In this document: positions 28,965-42,469 of the stretch, piece by piece | Layout of the letters: each line of letters starts with the position of its first letter | Numbering within the stretch: the first letter of the stretch is position 1 | From: Camelus ferus | Lineage: Eukaryota | Length of the DNA: 64,000 nt | Assembly: GCF_009834535.1 (NCBI RefSeq) | Contig: NC_045696.1 | Span: 59,584,001-59,648,000 of the forward strand | Direction: 5' to 3' | Program-made: the position numbers and the translations under genes | The notes under the pieces: generated by a model | Seen by the model: the letters and a program-made list of their open reading frames with translations, nothing else | What the model was told of the DNA's origin: nothing | The model's database searches: none

Positions 28965-29160
28965 AGTAATGATAGTCTTTATTTTCATAGGAGAAGTACT
29001 TTCTTACGTGGGATCTCACTTAAGGAGAACAGGCCCATGGGGGACTGTGATATACATTTACTTTACAAATGAGGAAACTGAGGACCAGAGGATTAGTGCT
29101 CCCAGGGCCTCTTGACTAGTTAGCTCAAAGTTGAGCCCAGGCCTCATGAATCCAAGGTCC
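28965..29160 (-). mobile_element. MIR SINE
   Basis: tactttacaaatgaggaaactgagg, the MIR core in reverse. Confidence 0.7.
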
Positions 29161-30889
29161 TACAGTTTGCCTCTGCTGGGCCCCTCTCCCACCCTGGAGT
29201 CCCGGGAGAAATAGAAAGAAGCCCTCCAGCAGAGTGCAGTCTGCTGCAGCACCGTGGCAGAGGGCCGGCGCCTGCCTGGTGAGTCAGTGGCTCCAGCAGG
29301 CCATGGGAGTTCTCCTCCATTCTCCTTTTTCACAGTCATCTGAATAAAATATCCAGATAACAGGGAAATTATTCCTAATTGACTTTGAAATGAAATATAT
29401 GCCATTGCTTTTGTTCCTGGTGTTTTATTTTATTTATTTTTCGCTACAGCACTAATAATAGGGCCAGCTTCCTAATTATGTTTTTCTTGACTGAGATGAA
29501 AATGGAAATGAAATGAATTTTCATCCTCCAAGTATACATTTTGCACAGGATGGGGAGCTGGGACGATGAAAGGTAGTTTGTCAAGTGGGGAAGTGGATCA
29601 TCCGTCCATGGATAACCCAGGCTTGACTAATATCTGTATACATTCCCATTAAGTGTTTCATGAACTGGAGGACAAAAAAAAAGTATTCGTCTGTGGGAGT
29701 GAGAACATTCCTTCTTCTCTCCATCATGGCAGGAATGATGCAAAGGGAGTTGTAGTTCAAATTGGGACTGGATGGCTCGGGTCAGCCTTTAGGAAACCCG
29801 TGAAGGCCTTTGCAAAGGACGGCGGCCCCTGGAGGCGCCGAGGTACTGCCTGCACGGTTAAGCCACCATGCCTCATTGGACAGACTTGTTTTCCTTGTCG
29901 ACATGGGCTCTTTCTTTTGGGAGTCGTCTGATGCAGTTTCAGAGAAGGTGTTTGTGTTTGATGGACGTTGGTGGAGTGGGAAATATTGATTTGGAAGCTG
30001 TTGACACTTGGAAACAGGGAGTTAATTTAGATGTCAGTATTGATCAGTGGGGCTAAATTTAGACACTAGCTCCAGAGTTTCTCTTTTGAAGTTACTCTCA
30101 AAAAAAAAAAGGGAAGAAAGAAAGAATGAAAAGACCTTATTGAAATGCCATCAGTGGGGACAGGAAGGGAGAGGACAGCAATGTGTCATCATACAGCTCT
30201 GTCATTAGAGCTCATCACTTAAAGGTTTAGATTTGGCCTTCATACCCGTAAGTGTAGTTACGCCACTTCAGTTATATAAACTGAAGCTTTGAGGAATGAT
30301 GATGTCACAGAAATTGGACTGAAAATTATTTTTAAGCATTTAGAGCAAATGAAACTGATTAATGCAAGTGGTTTTCTTTCTGAAGGGATTATACAGGACT
30401 TTGTATCTAAAATAAATGGCCTAACCCCTCCAGAGAAACACTGAGCCTTGAAGGGAAGCTGCTCTCCTGATTCCAGCTCATGGTATAGGGCCCTGGACCA
30501 CCCAGGTGCTCCCTTTCTTCTAGAAAAATAGCTTAGACCATTCTCCAGACCCCACAGAATGCTCTGATTGCTTTCCAGGAAAATTGCTACTCTGGTAAGG
30601 ATGACCTCACATTTATTAGATAATTCAGGAAGGTTTGAAAAACCTATTTAATGGGCATAAAACTAACTGAATTTCCATATGTATTCCTACAGAGCAATGC
30701 ATTTAGCAGAAAATAGGCCGAAATGGATTTATAAGATGTTGGAGCTCTAAGCTATGGAGAAAGAAATCATGCTTATTTGTCTACTAAAGACATTGCCTTA
30801 AATTACCCCCATGGACCAAATACTGGCCAAAATTTGCATGTGATCAAGATGGGAATTTAAAACAAAGAAGAACATATTACCTTCTCATG

Positions 30890-31200
30890 TTCCTCTAGAG
30901 AATATGGTGTTTTGTTCTGTTCACTGTGCATAAAAGTTAGAAAGGAGCTGGAGTAGATCCAAAAGAGAGGCAGCCAAAGGGACAAGTACTATCCATTTGT
31001 TAACAAGACTCACAGTCACAGCCTGTAAAACCATGAAGGATGAACATGTATAATCTCATAAACCGTGAATTTTTCAAACTAAGAAGCACTAGAAATGTGG
31101 CAGGCTCCCAGTTACTGTCTGAGGGGCTGATGGTTTTCCTGTGGCTGGAGTTTCAGAAACGACTGTGCCTTGTGATAAGTCATCTGCAGTAGCAGGAGTT
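30890..31200 (+). mobile_element. CR1/L3 ORF2 3' fragment
   Basis: ctagagaatatggtgttttgttctgttcac...gagctggagtagatccaaaagagaggcagccaaa resembles the CR1 motif LEYCVQFWSP...LE.IQRRATK. Confidence 0.5.
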
Positions 31201-31709
31201 AGAATCAGTGTCCCTCATAGCCTTATTGTCAGCATTACCTAGAGAACACAGCCTATGTGAGCAGCTGCCCTACCCTGCGAAGTCACAGGATCCAGCTTGC
31301 CCAGCTTCGATGGCATCATCATTGTGGACATTCACGTCCAGTTAATCACATCCATTCTTCTCCTAACACGGGATCATCTGAGCTTCCTTGGCCTGAGGAT
31401 GCAATATATCTCCATCACTCAGTTCCCCCTCTCAGCTCTGACCGAGCTGAATTTGTAGCCTAGCTCCTAAGTCCCCAAGCAGCAAGGGTCTTCCAGACCC
31501 TCATTTCTACAGAGCCAAGTTTCTCTGTTATCCTGTGGTCACAGGACAGTCTCTGAATTTTGAAAGAAGTAAGGAATGTTAGGGCTCAACGTGACCTTCA
31601 AAGACCATGTAACCTATAGGTAAACTGTTGTCTAAGGTGGATGACCAACATAAAATGTTCGTTCTAAGGGTCACGTTTTGTGGTTTGCAAAATACTTTTA
31701 TGTTAGTTA

Positions 31710-31830
31710 TTTCATTTCATCTATACCCTGTGACTTACCATATGACAGATGAGAAAACTGAGCCTCAGAGAGATTAAATGACATTTCCAAAGTCACACAG
31801 CTCAAGATCAGTAGGACCAACATTTTCTCA
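31710..31830 (-). mobile_element. MIR SINE core
   Basis: acagatgagaaaactgagcctcagagagattaaatgacatttccaaagtcacacagct. Confidence 0.8.
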
Positions 31831-32009
31831 TTCTTGTTACAAAATTTCTTCTGCTGCCTTTCACTCACTTGGATGCTCACAGAAGAATAAATCACCAATT
31901 TTATGAACCAGGAAGATAAAGGATTACAGTAATAGAGTATTTTTTAGTAAAAAGAAAACTTATTGTTATTATGCAAAGCATAATTATTTAAAGAATGCTC
32001 AAGTAATCT

Positions 32010-32350
32010 TTTTTCTTATTTAATCTTTTTTAATTGAAGTGTAGTTAATTTACAATGTTGTGTTAATTTCTGGTATACAGCATAGTGATTCAGTTATGTT
32101 TTTATATATATAGATACAGGTATAGATATAAATACAGATTTCTTTTCATATTCTTTTTCCTTATAGGCCATTACAAGGTACTGAATATAGTTCCCTGTGC
32201 TATACAGTAGGACCTTGTTTATCTATTTTATATATAGTAGTTAGTATCTACAAATCTCAAACTCCCCATTTATCCCTTCCCACCCCCTTTCCTCCCTGGT
32301 AAACGTAAGTTTGTTTTCTATGTCTGTGAGTCTATTTCTGTTTTGTAAAA
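32010..32350 (-). mobile_element. Artiodactyl-type L1 3' end (L1_Art-like), 5' truncated
   Basis: ttttaattgaagtgtagttaatttacaatgttgtgttaatttctggtatacagcatagtgattcag...aatatagttccctgtgctatacagtaggacc...taagtttgttttctatgtctgtgagtc. Confidence 0.9.
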
Positions 32351-34289
32351 GCAGTAATAGAAAATTATACCAACAAGAGTTGTCATTGATCAGAGTACAA
32401 AGAAGGATGATAACAAAACAGCTAAAGTGTCTACATCACATCAGAATAAACCAATAAGGCTCTACAAATACTAGAATAAAAATCAATATTCTTAAACTTT
32501 CTCTTCTCATTGTGAGAGGTATAAGTGAAGAATCATAGCATTACCTACCTAGCTTTGCCTCAAAACTAAAACTCACCAGCACCACCGTCATCAGTCAGGC
32601 TTTGCATTTCACAGTATGTTGCATCAACCCTGGTACAGAAGGGAAGGCACTGTTACCCTACCTTTGCAAATGAAAAAGTTGCGGTTCAGAGGGGTTAAGT
32701 GTTTTTACCAGGTTGTAACAAAGCCACGTGTTCTGCCTTTCGATTTTGTGCTCTTTCTACACTGCCTCAGTTCAGCTTCTAGGACTGAGTCCAGGACTTC
32801 AACATGGGAGATTTGATTTTGGGAAGATGAAAATGCATGGGACTTTAATCATCAGCATCTGTCCCACCCCTGAAGCCAAGCCATTGATTAAATAAACTAC
32901 CATACGTTTTTATCTTTCTAAAATCAAATCTCCCATGCTGAAGGCCTGGAATGCCTTTATAAACAGCATCTAGGAAATAAAAATGAACAAGAATATCAAG
33001 GTTATGGTATGATTTAATGAAAGATGGAGAGACTGAAACCTATAATATTTCTAAATGAACAACCTGTTAGATGGGGATCCCACAACCATAGCTCTAACTG
33101 ATGTTTTCAGTTGGCTGAGACCAGAAAGGAAATATTCCAGCAAGACTCAGGAGGCCCAGAGGGAGTCAAATTGCCCCTCAAGCATTGATTTGTGATGCAC
33201 ATTGAGAAAATGTTTCTTTGACACCTTTAAATGAATCTTGAACCAAGCAAAATGCAGTGAATCATGGCAGAAGGACTTCCATAGTTCAAAACTATAAATT
33301 GTAAGCTCCATTTTCCAAAGATGAGAAGCGTTTAGGCATGCAATTCGTGTGTGCATGTCCCCAAACTTCCAGCCAGCTTTCAGAAATCATTAGCAGCTCT
33401 AGTCAGCCAGCCACAGAACACCAGTGGCATCAGAGATTTCACACATACACTCTGAGCAGTTATTTCCTGCAACTAATTGCTTTACAGATTGGCATCTTAT
33501 CCACAATCTGCCAGGCGGCCCATGAATTAACATCTCAATCCAAATAGCCCTGCTTCAGTGGGATTTATGTCCCGATGTTATCCGTGCACAATAGGGCATC
33601 AGTCATTTTCTGCCCAAGGAGGGAATTTGAGAAATACCTGTGAGGTTTATGAAATAGGAGACCAGGCTTAGTATTTTTCTAACTGTTTAAATGAAGAAGT
33701 TGAGAGAAGGAAAAAAATCTGAAACTATTTGAAACAGATTGTGGTGTCTTCTGCTTTGCCTTGAAGTAACAGATGGATGGTATTTACTGATCTCAAAATT
33801 TCAGAAGAATTTTTATTTCCTCTCCAAGCAAACTCTCAGATGCCTTAATAAAGCAAATATTTGGCAATTTTCTGATGATCAGACACAAGGTAGATTTTCA
33901 AGGTTTAATATTTCTGGTTGGATTATTTGCACTTGACTCTATTAGCTGGATAATTGCCACGTCTCCATTTCAGCCGAGACTGTCTAGACAGTGTCAGCTG
34001 TTTCTCCTTCTATTCTAATATTCCCTAGCTGAGTTTTCTTTCCCCTAGTACTAATTAAGGTCACCTAGAAATTTTACTCAGCCTAGCCATAGCCTCTAAA
34101 TAATTTAAGTCAATTAGAACATACTCCCTCTTTCTAATGGTCCAGTGTGTAGACAATTCATACTATTTTGCTTGTTTTCCTTCTTCTCCCTTTGCGTTAT
34201 TTAACCAATCAAAGCTCAAACCTGCCTACTCTTGACTATTTTGCAAGATGTAGGAGATTGGACCCACTGCTCAGTGTATTTTCCATAGG

Positions 34290-34610
34290 TAGTCGTTCAC
34301 TCTTTTAAAAACATTACTACATACCTGTCTCACATGAGGTACTATGCTAGGAACTGGGTCAGATTAAAATATGACTAATATATCACTCTAGTCTTCTGGG
34401 AGTTTATGTTCTAAGGAGGTGGGAGGGAGGGAGAGAATGGTCAAAACAGAAGTCAAAATAACAGAATAAGGCAGGCTGTGGTGAGTGCCACAGAGGTGGT
34501 ACATACAAAATGGTCTGGTTTTAGTGGATGATGAAGAGATTGTTTCTAATGGGAGTGGTTAGGTATGGGAGATTTCAAAAAGTTGTTGATATTTGACATG
34601 GGCCTTAAAA
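34290..34610 (-). mobile_element. L2 LINE 3' portion
   Basis: acctgtctcacatgaggtactatgctaggaactggg...ggagtttatgttcta...atatttgacatgggcctt. Confidence 0.6.
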
Positions 34611-34987
34611 AAAAGAAAACGATACCAACAGATGGAATTTATTCATTTATACCTTACTATGTCCCAGAAGGAACTTCAGAAACATACATACAATGCAATC
34701 AGATAAAGTAATGTTTAAACTAAGTGGGTGAGGAAATGGACTGAGGAGTTATAAAGGTTGAAAAGAAAACATGATGCTGGGAATGAGGTTGGTACTTAAA
34801 ATAAGTCTCTTGTGGCACAGGATGCAGGCATAATTAGGGAGATTTTAATTATCTAGACCCGTCCTGTCCTCTCTTCAACTGTGGGTAGAAGATAATGAGC
34901 TCTCTGGCTGAAGGATCCATCACAGAAGGTAGCAGCTCTGTGGAAGCTCCATTCACCTATGTTCTTGTCCTGACACCTGTGTTCTAG

Positions 34988-35161
<174 letters not shown>

Positions 35162-38100
35162 TAGGCAGGATGATTCCTCAAGATGTGGGCACTTCTTTAT
35201 CTATTGAAGTCATCACTCTTTCTAGTGAAATGGGCCAGGTAGCCTCCCTGTCACCCAAGAATTGATGGAGAAGTAAATGCAGTGGTTCAGCACCCCAAGG
35301 AAGCCTGGTATTAGAAGACAAGTATTCACACTACTAATGTGGATCTTTCTTATTTATTTGTAACTTTAACCTTCAAGGCTTGCAGTGCATTGAGTTTTTA
35401 TATGTTAACGGACTACTCACCATGTGAGAAATGGGAAACTAAAAGTTCAGAAGTCACTTCTACTTGAAGATCACTCAGAATTGAGGATAAACCACTGCAG
35501 AAGTTACTAGCAAATTAGGATTCCATTTTTAAACATTTAGTTTACATGTAATATTTAGGTTCTACTGTCAGATTCTGCCTTTTAACAAGAGCAGCGCGCA
35601 TGGGAGCAGACGGCTCTAGGTAGTATGCATCACTGAACTCAGTTATTCAGTTGTGCTAATGAAAGTCATATTTAAGGATTAAACTGAAACCAGAAATTCA
35701 CCAACCAAGACTTGTTTTAAAGGCTATTTTAAAATAAAACTCCACTTAATGATAGTCTGATATAAACTTTGTCTTGCTTTAAATAATACCTTTAATTATC
35801 CTTCCTGCTAGAATATTTCCTTCCCAAAGAGACTTGAGCTGATTGCTTTAGAGTGACATGGGGAAAAGAGTAGGAAATGGGACATGGGCACTATGTTAAA
35901 AATAAAATAAGTTCAGCACCAATGGGAAAAGAGATAAATTACTTGTTCATTACTTGTGGTTTAGTATGAAACTCAGCCTACTTCTGAGTGTGTAAGAAAT
36001 GCAAAAGTATTGTTTTCTACCAGAAAAAATACAACAATGATTAAAGATTTAACTGTGTATACCAGTAAGTATATCTTTAATACAGTAATCCAACAGATTT
36101 CTAGCCATTTTAAACTAGTATTGATTGATTTCTACTAATCTTCCAAGAACTATCTCGTATGTGAAAACATTTAAACATTGTCACGAATGACATATTTCTA
36201 TAAGATGCCTGATATATTCTTAGGAACCATTGCTAGAATTAGAGTCCTGTCTGAGATTTGAGATTTAAAAATAAACTATATACCACACACGCAGCATGGG
36301 CAAATCATTTTCTAAGGAAGAACTAACCGGAGGAGAGAAGTTTTATCATCGTCAGCTGTCTCTGCTGCATTTTATTGGCATGCCCAAATATGAGAGCGTT
36401 AAGATCTATTCCTCGTAAAGGAGAAATCAGGACTGGGGTTATACTCAAGAATCAGGCACACAGTGGCACGGCCCCATAGAGAGGCAGCACTGAAGAGAAT
36501 GATGAAGGTTGGGCAGTCATACTAGAGGCAGGGCATGGAGCTGTGAGGGATGCTAGGCGGAGAGAACACAGCCCTTGGCTATACCGCCTCCTTGTTTATC
36601 TTGAATGTGAAGGTTTACCTGCTTTGTTCAGGTAATTAAATTTTCAGTCCCTTAATCAAACGTTGGGCAAGTAAAACCATGACACCCTTGAGCATCTCAA
36701 TGAGCAAGTAGAAAATAGTGGGTAAATGCATTAGCAGTGCTGTTGAAATGACTGAGTTCCACGTGACTTGTATACAAGTGCAGTGTTTGTATTAATTTGC
36801 ATTAGATGCTGTTGCATCCTTACAGAATGGAGGCTCACTAAGCATATACATGTCTGTTTAATTTCATGGGTGCAACTTGATCAAATATCCTTGAAATCGA
36901 TGTTGAGATATAGACCCCTGTAGAATTTATGTCTGTGGGCTCAAGAGGACAGAACAGGTGGGATTTCTGGAAGATCTTGGGAGTGGAAGGTAGGCAGGGT
37001 CTGCAGCATGGCTAGAATATTGAAGAGAACAGAACCGGAATTTCAACATGTGTTCCTTCTCCAGGTGGCCTTGGCCTTCTCTCTAAATGTGTCAGTTTAG
37101 ACCAGGTTCTACACTGGGGGGAAATAGGCCAGGGAGGATTTAAGCAAGTTGAAAGGACATCTAACTAGTCTGGTTTGATTTAACCCATTTTGGTGATGTT
37201 CCTGGAGGCCTTTACAGTGATCACTGATAAGGAACATAATTCGACATTTTGGGCCCTAAGAAAGAACCTTGGGCTCCAGAAGGGAAAATAAAAAGCTATG
37301 GGTAAGATGATCAGATAATTTATTGTTAAAACTGAGACACTTTTAAGAATGAAGGAGGGATTTATTAATAACTAAGCCAGAAAAATCAGCAAATGCTAGA
37401 ACTGTCATGGGCAGACCAAGATGTTTGCTCACCCTTGCTTGGGTGACATCATGAGTCTGAAGGTTTTGGTTTCCCCAGAGAAGGTCAGAATGTTTATCTG
37501 AAGGAGCCTTGGTTTCAGAAAAACTTCTCCAGGGCCATTCAGAGTGGAGAGTAGTACCCAGCACTCAGAGACATGGCTTTTTCAGCAAACCCAGGTTATT
37601 ACTTGTTAGTATCCGAGATGTTGTGGCTGATGTGTCTTCAAGGACTGTGAACATCATAAAGACAGGCTTGATTTTAAAATCCATTTTTATTTGAAATCCT
37701 CTTATGCATTTTAAGCATAAGCATTATGGCAGAAATAGTAGTTAAAACTGGATAATAAATTCAGTTGATTTGGTTCAGTTTTCTTCCATGTACTCCTACT
37801 AAATATGAACATCCTCAATAATCCGTGTCTCCAAGGTACAGCACTCAGTAGGATTAGATAATGGTAGAAATAAATGCAAAATAATGACTCAAGCTTAGTA
37901 AAGCAAAGATTATGTCATATGAAGAAGAGTCTACAGTTTAGGAAAGTAAAGGGAAGAAGGGGCTCCCAGGACTATTAGATAATAATGAGTTTCAGAATAA
38001 GGAAAAGGATTTATTATATAGCATGAATTGTAGGAAAACTAAAGTTACTCCTCCAGTCTCAGAGAAAAAGACATGGTAACGAGTTTAGGATGACAATTAT

Positions 38101-38221
38101 ATGCTGGTTTCATATACTGAGGAGAGGCCAGATAATTATCATAATGACTAATGTTCATTTGGCGAACCTTCCTCTTCATGAGAAATTGTAGATACCTTTC
38201 TAATTGCTAGAGGTAAAATGA

Positions 38222-38460
38222 TGTGGTGTGAAAGAGTGGAAAGGACATAGATTTGGGAATAGGTCACACCTGGTTTTATCACCTCCTTGGTTGTACATTT
38301 TTGGGCAAGTCACTTAACCAGCCTGAACCTCAGTTTCTTCATCTGTGAAGTGGGAATAATAATATCCACCTTGTAGTAGTGTCATGAGAACTAGAAAAAA
38401 ATATGCATAAGTACAGTGCTTTGCACGGAGTATACACCTGCTGGTTAAATGACAGCTGTT
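38222..38460 (+). mobile_element. MIR SINE
   Basis: ttgggcaagtcacttaacc...ctcagtttcttcatctgtgaagtgggaataataat. Confidence 0.85.
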
Positions 38461-38479
38461 AAAGTGATTTTTTTTTAAA

Positions 38480-39600
38480 CAGTCCTTGCCTTGAGAGTTT
38501 CACCATCTAAGTATAGAAAATCAGCCAACTGTTAGATGAGTGATAATAGGCATTTAGAAGAGGGTCGTTTTTAGTGAGTCTCAGTCTGTCCAGAAGGGCT
38601 CTTTGAAGAAGGTTGGAACTGAGCTTTGTCTCCAAGGAAGACTGGAACACAGACAAGGAGAGACTATGGGGTGTTCCTTAAAGGCAGGGAGAATGAAGAT
38701 GGCAAAGACAAGAAAGTGGTTCAATTGGTTTTGTAAGGAAGTTGTAGGTAATGATGTTATAGAAGTAATTGGGACCACAATGTGAGGGGCTTTTAATGAA
38801 ATCCTCTAAAGTTTGGGCTTGATTTCATAGCAATGTGGGATCACTGAAAGCATCTAAATTGAGAGAGGGGAGTGATACTTGGAGCATAAAATTATAGTTT
38901 TAGCTATTGGAAAGGATGCTAGAAGTCACTTAATCTAAACACTTCCTATTGCAGAGAATTAATCTGTCAGAAGTGTAAGGGATGAGTTTGGCGGGTTAGT
39001 AATAGAAAGTAAGAAGACTAGTTGGGTGACCACCACAGCAGTCTAGGTATGAAGTGAGAGCAGGACTGGGATTCGGGGTGAGGACAGCAGGCAAGGATGA
39101 TGACATGATTGTAATCCTAGGTGGCAGTGAGGAGGGCACCATCAACAGAAGGCGGACTGCAGTGGGAAGACTTTTAGGGGGAAGAGGAGTTTAGTTTTAT
39201 ATGTGGAGCTTGAGCAGGGCTGTGGGAGAAAGGTGGAGGCTTTGGTTGGGCAGTAAAGCCACTTGCATTCATTGGTGACGTTTCCTCCTCTCTCTTGGAA
39301 GATCTTTCATTTGTACTAACAATGCATCTTTGTAAGTGACTGACATGGGGCAGACAGCTAGATCATCCAAATCAGTGCTACTGACCTGGGTGAGAGGTGT
39401 GGCAGGCAGCTCACCGTCACATCCAAAGGCAGTTAAAGATGAGGGTCAGTTGTTGGGCGAGAGATAGAGACTGGAGGGTCATTTACAAAGAGGAGATGAT
39501 AGAAGCCAAGGGAATGGATGAGAACTCTGCAGTAGTGGACAGAAACCAAGAAAGGACCTTGGGGTACCTCTGCATTTAGGAGACAGTAAAAGAAATTGGT
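38480..39600 (-). mobile_element. L2 LINE fragments
   Basis: Purine-rich reverse L2 motifs gcaatgtgggatcactgaaag, gcagtctaggtatgaagtga, gagatagagactggagggtcatt, gaagccaagggaatggatgag. Confidence 0.65.
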
Positions 39601-41010
39601 CCCAATATGTAAAACAGAAAGAAGCCAGAGACTTGTACTGGGTCATTTCTGCCTGTTAGTTTACCTTTTCTAGCTTCATCCAGAAATTAGGAACCCAGAT
39701 GCTAATGTGGTCAATCAGGACTGAAGGCTGACTCAGGGGCAAAGCAAGGGAATGAGGGAGTCTAGGTTACTATAGGAGATCGTGTTAACATAGCGAATAC
39801 TGAGGACAGATTCAGGAGCAGGGGAAGGGAAGCCAGGAGGTGGCGGATAGACTGGGAAGAAGGCATAGGACTGTGTAGACTGCCGACTGGGATAAGGGTG
39901 AAGGGGGAGGTAGGGGTGAAAAGAGGAAGGGTCGTACTCCCATACGGGGAGTGCTGAATGGAGTGGCCTGGAGAATGGTCCCAGTGCTGCTGCCCACGAG
40001 GGCAGAAATCATTCAGGAGTAATTTACTGGGCTGCTAGCTGCCCTTTTCCACTGCCGGCTAAGCTATACTCTCCTCCAAGTGCAAAAGCCAAATTAGCAC
40101 TGGGCCATGGGGTTGAAATGATCCCAGCAGCTGAGGTGAGGATCATATTACCTCTTTAAAAAAAAAAGTCATATGGCTCATCCACATCAGTCCTTTATTT
40201 TAATAAATTTTAAGCCCATTTGGCTCTCTCCCTGCCACCCAGTTTTCCAGCCTGTTCTCTTCACCTTAATGTGAACTGAGAATGCAAACCACATTTAGCC
40301 TGAATCAAAAAATAAACTTTCTACAATATATATTATCATAAAGGCAAACTTAAATAATGTAATAATGCAGGGTTATGTGTTGAGCTGAATTATCTACTGT
40401 GCTGTTCTGCTCCCTTGGTGAGGTAACTAAGAGATGGTGTGAGATGCTACTCTTCTGCTTATTAACCTGCCAAATTTCTTCCTTCTACTGGAATCCTTTT
40501 AAAACTGATCATTCATGTTAAAATGATTGCATTATTGGCTGAGATTTGTTACATGGGGATGTTTTTTATGCTCTATGTTTATTTGCTCTGTAAAATGGGA
40601 CTACAGCAGTAATCTCCTTTGAAAACGCACAACGAGTTAATTTATAATTAGATTTGCAAAGGAAATTTAACTAATGTATGAATCAATCGTGGAGCATATT
40701 TATACATAACTGCATTTCACTAGCACAGCAACTGAAATGTCTTTAAAACGCAGAGTGATGCAAGTAGGAGAGAAGGAGTGGGGGCAGAAATTAAGGACCT
40801 GAGCAATTAGTTAATGAAAATGCATGATATACTTTTTCTAAATATGCTTTTAAAACAATGATATATTGAATCATCATGACAGCATGTTTGAATCAGTCAT
40901 TTAAAGCTTTTTAACTTTTCTGCATCTTTCCACTCACGCCTCACTCCACCCCTTCCCATACCACGCCTGGGTCATTCCCACGGACCTCTCTCTCCTCCCC
41001 TTGTGCCCAG

Positions 41011-41229
41011 TCCCTCTTTCATGCCACTTCCTTGCAGAAGACACACCAGAGCGCCCTGCAGGTGCAGCAGAAAGCTGAGGCACTGCTCCAGGCTGGCCAC
41101 TACGATGCCGACGCCATCCGGGAATGCGCTGAGAAGGTGGCCCTCCACTGGCAGCAGCTCATGCTGAAGATGGAAGACCGGCTAAAACTGGTCAATGCCT
41201 CAGTGGCCTTTTACAAAACTTCTGAACAG
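41011..41229 (+). CDS. KALRN: KALRN exon F (219 nt, or 192 nt from the alternative acceptor at 41038; phase 0-0): [SLFHATSLQ]KTHQSALQVQ...VAFYKTSEQ
   Basis: Acceptors ttgtgcccag (41009-41010) and cttccttgcag (41036-41037). Donor CAG|GTGAGA. Confidence 0.95.
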
Positions 41230-41511
41230 GTGAGAGAGAGGGTTGTGGACTGTGTGGGGCTGAGACTGATGGAGGGCTATTTTCTGCCTCACACTGCAAA
41301 TCTGCTGAATCTTCCTGGCAAGAAGCCAGTCCTCTGAGCCTTTGAGAGTAGAAGAATGATTTGTGGAGACACTGCAGTTTGCTTCCTTATAATCCTTTCC
41401 ATTAGAGGAGTGGACCTTGTGATTTGTTTCTTATAAATTTCTCAAATTCATCATATTTAGGCATTGAAGTGGAAACTGGGTAGGTTTACACCGAATGCTA
41501 AATTTGAGTGG

Positions 41512-41930
41512 TGTACCAGTTAGCTGTTGCCACAATGGTGGTGTGTAACAAATCACCCCCCCCCAAAACCAGTGGTATAAAACAATGAGAATTTATTTTT
41601 TGCTTAAGTATTTGGAGTTCAGCTGATCTTGGCTGAGTTTGGTAGAGCTAGGCTCCAAGCTGTAGACTGGGTCTAGATCTGTTTCCATGTCTGTTATCCT
41701 TCTTGATCAGCAGCTACTAAAGGCACATTTATAGTGAAAGGCAGGAGTGCAAGCATCCAAAATCTGCTGTGCAAGCACATTTCAAGTCTGCTTGTGTCAC
41801 ACGCTCTAGCCTCCTTTTGACGACAACTCACATGGCCAAGCCAGTATCAGTGAAACAGGGCAGCCTATGACTCCTATGAAGGTTGAGAGAGGAGAATGAC
41901 AATTTGCTGAACATAATCTAATCTACCACA
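41512..41930 (-). mobile_element. MaLR solo LTR (MLT1I/J-like)
   Basis: tgtaccagttagctgttgccacaa...taacaaatcacccc...cagtggtataaaacaa...cacatggccaagcc...aatctaatctaccaca, with TG...CA termini. Confidence 0.8.
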
Positions 41931-42469
41931 GTCAGGCGGTATGTACTGCTTGAAAAACACACAGCTCTTTTGCTCAAGGGGTTCCCAGTTTGATGGAGGA
42001 AACAGCTCTCTGTCATTGGAGAACTATGAGCCTAAATGGTAGGATGGTGCAGCTGGGGGAGAAAAGGCAAAAGATACATACAGCAGGGCCATAAAGATGC
42101 AACCCCATTACTAGTATTTCTGTACAGCAGTATGCACAAGGGCTAAGAGGATTTTTAAATGATTTGGGTGCTGTTAGGGAATTATCTTTATGAGATAGAG
42201 GTTTAAGATAGGAGTAATTTTATTCAGCATAAAATACTTTCCTCATTCAAATCAGTCCTTGATAGAAATTGATCAGAGAAACATTCTCCTCTGGGTGACT
42301 TACAGGGACCATGGGAAAGTCTATTTCGGAGCAAAGGTAACATGCCTGTTAGAGGGCCCTGCAGCCAGTGTTCATCTTACACCTTCTCTCAGACCTCCTT
42401 CCAGTAATTCAGAGAGATGATGCCTTTGATTCCACGGGAGAGGGAGCAGCAGACTAACATGACAGAGAG

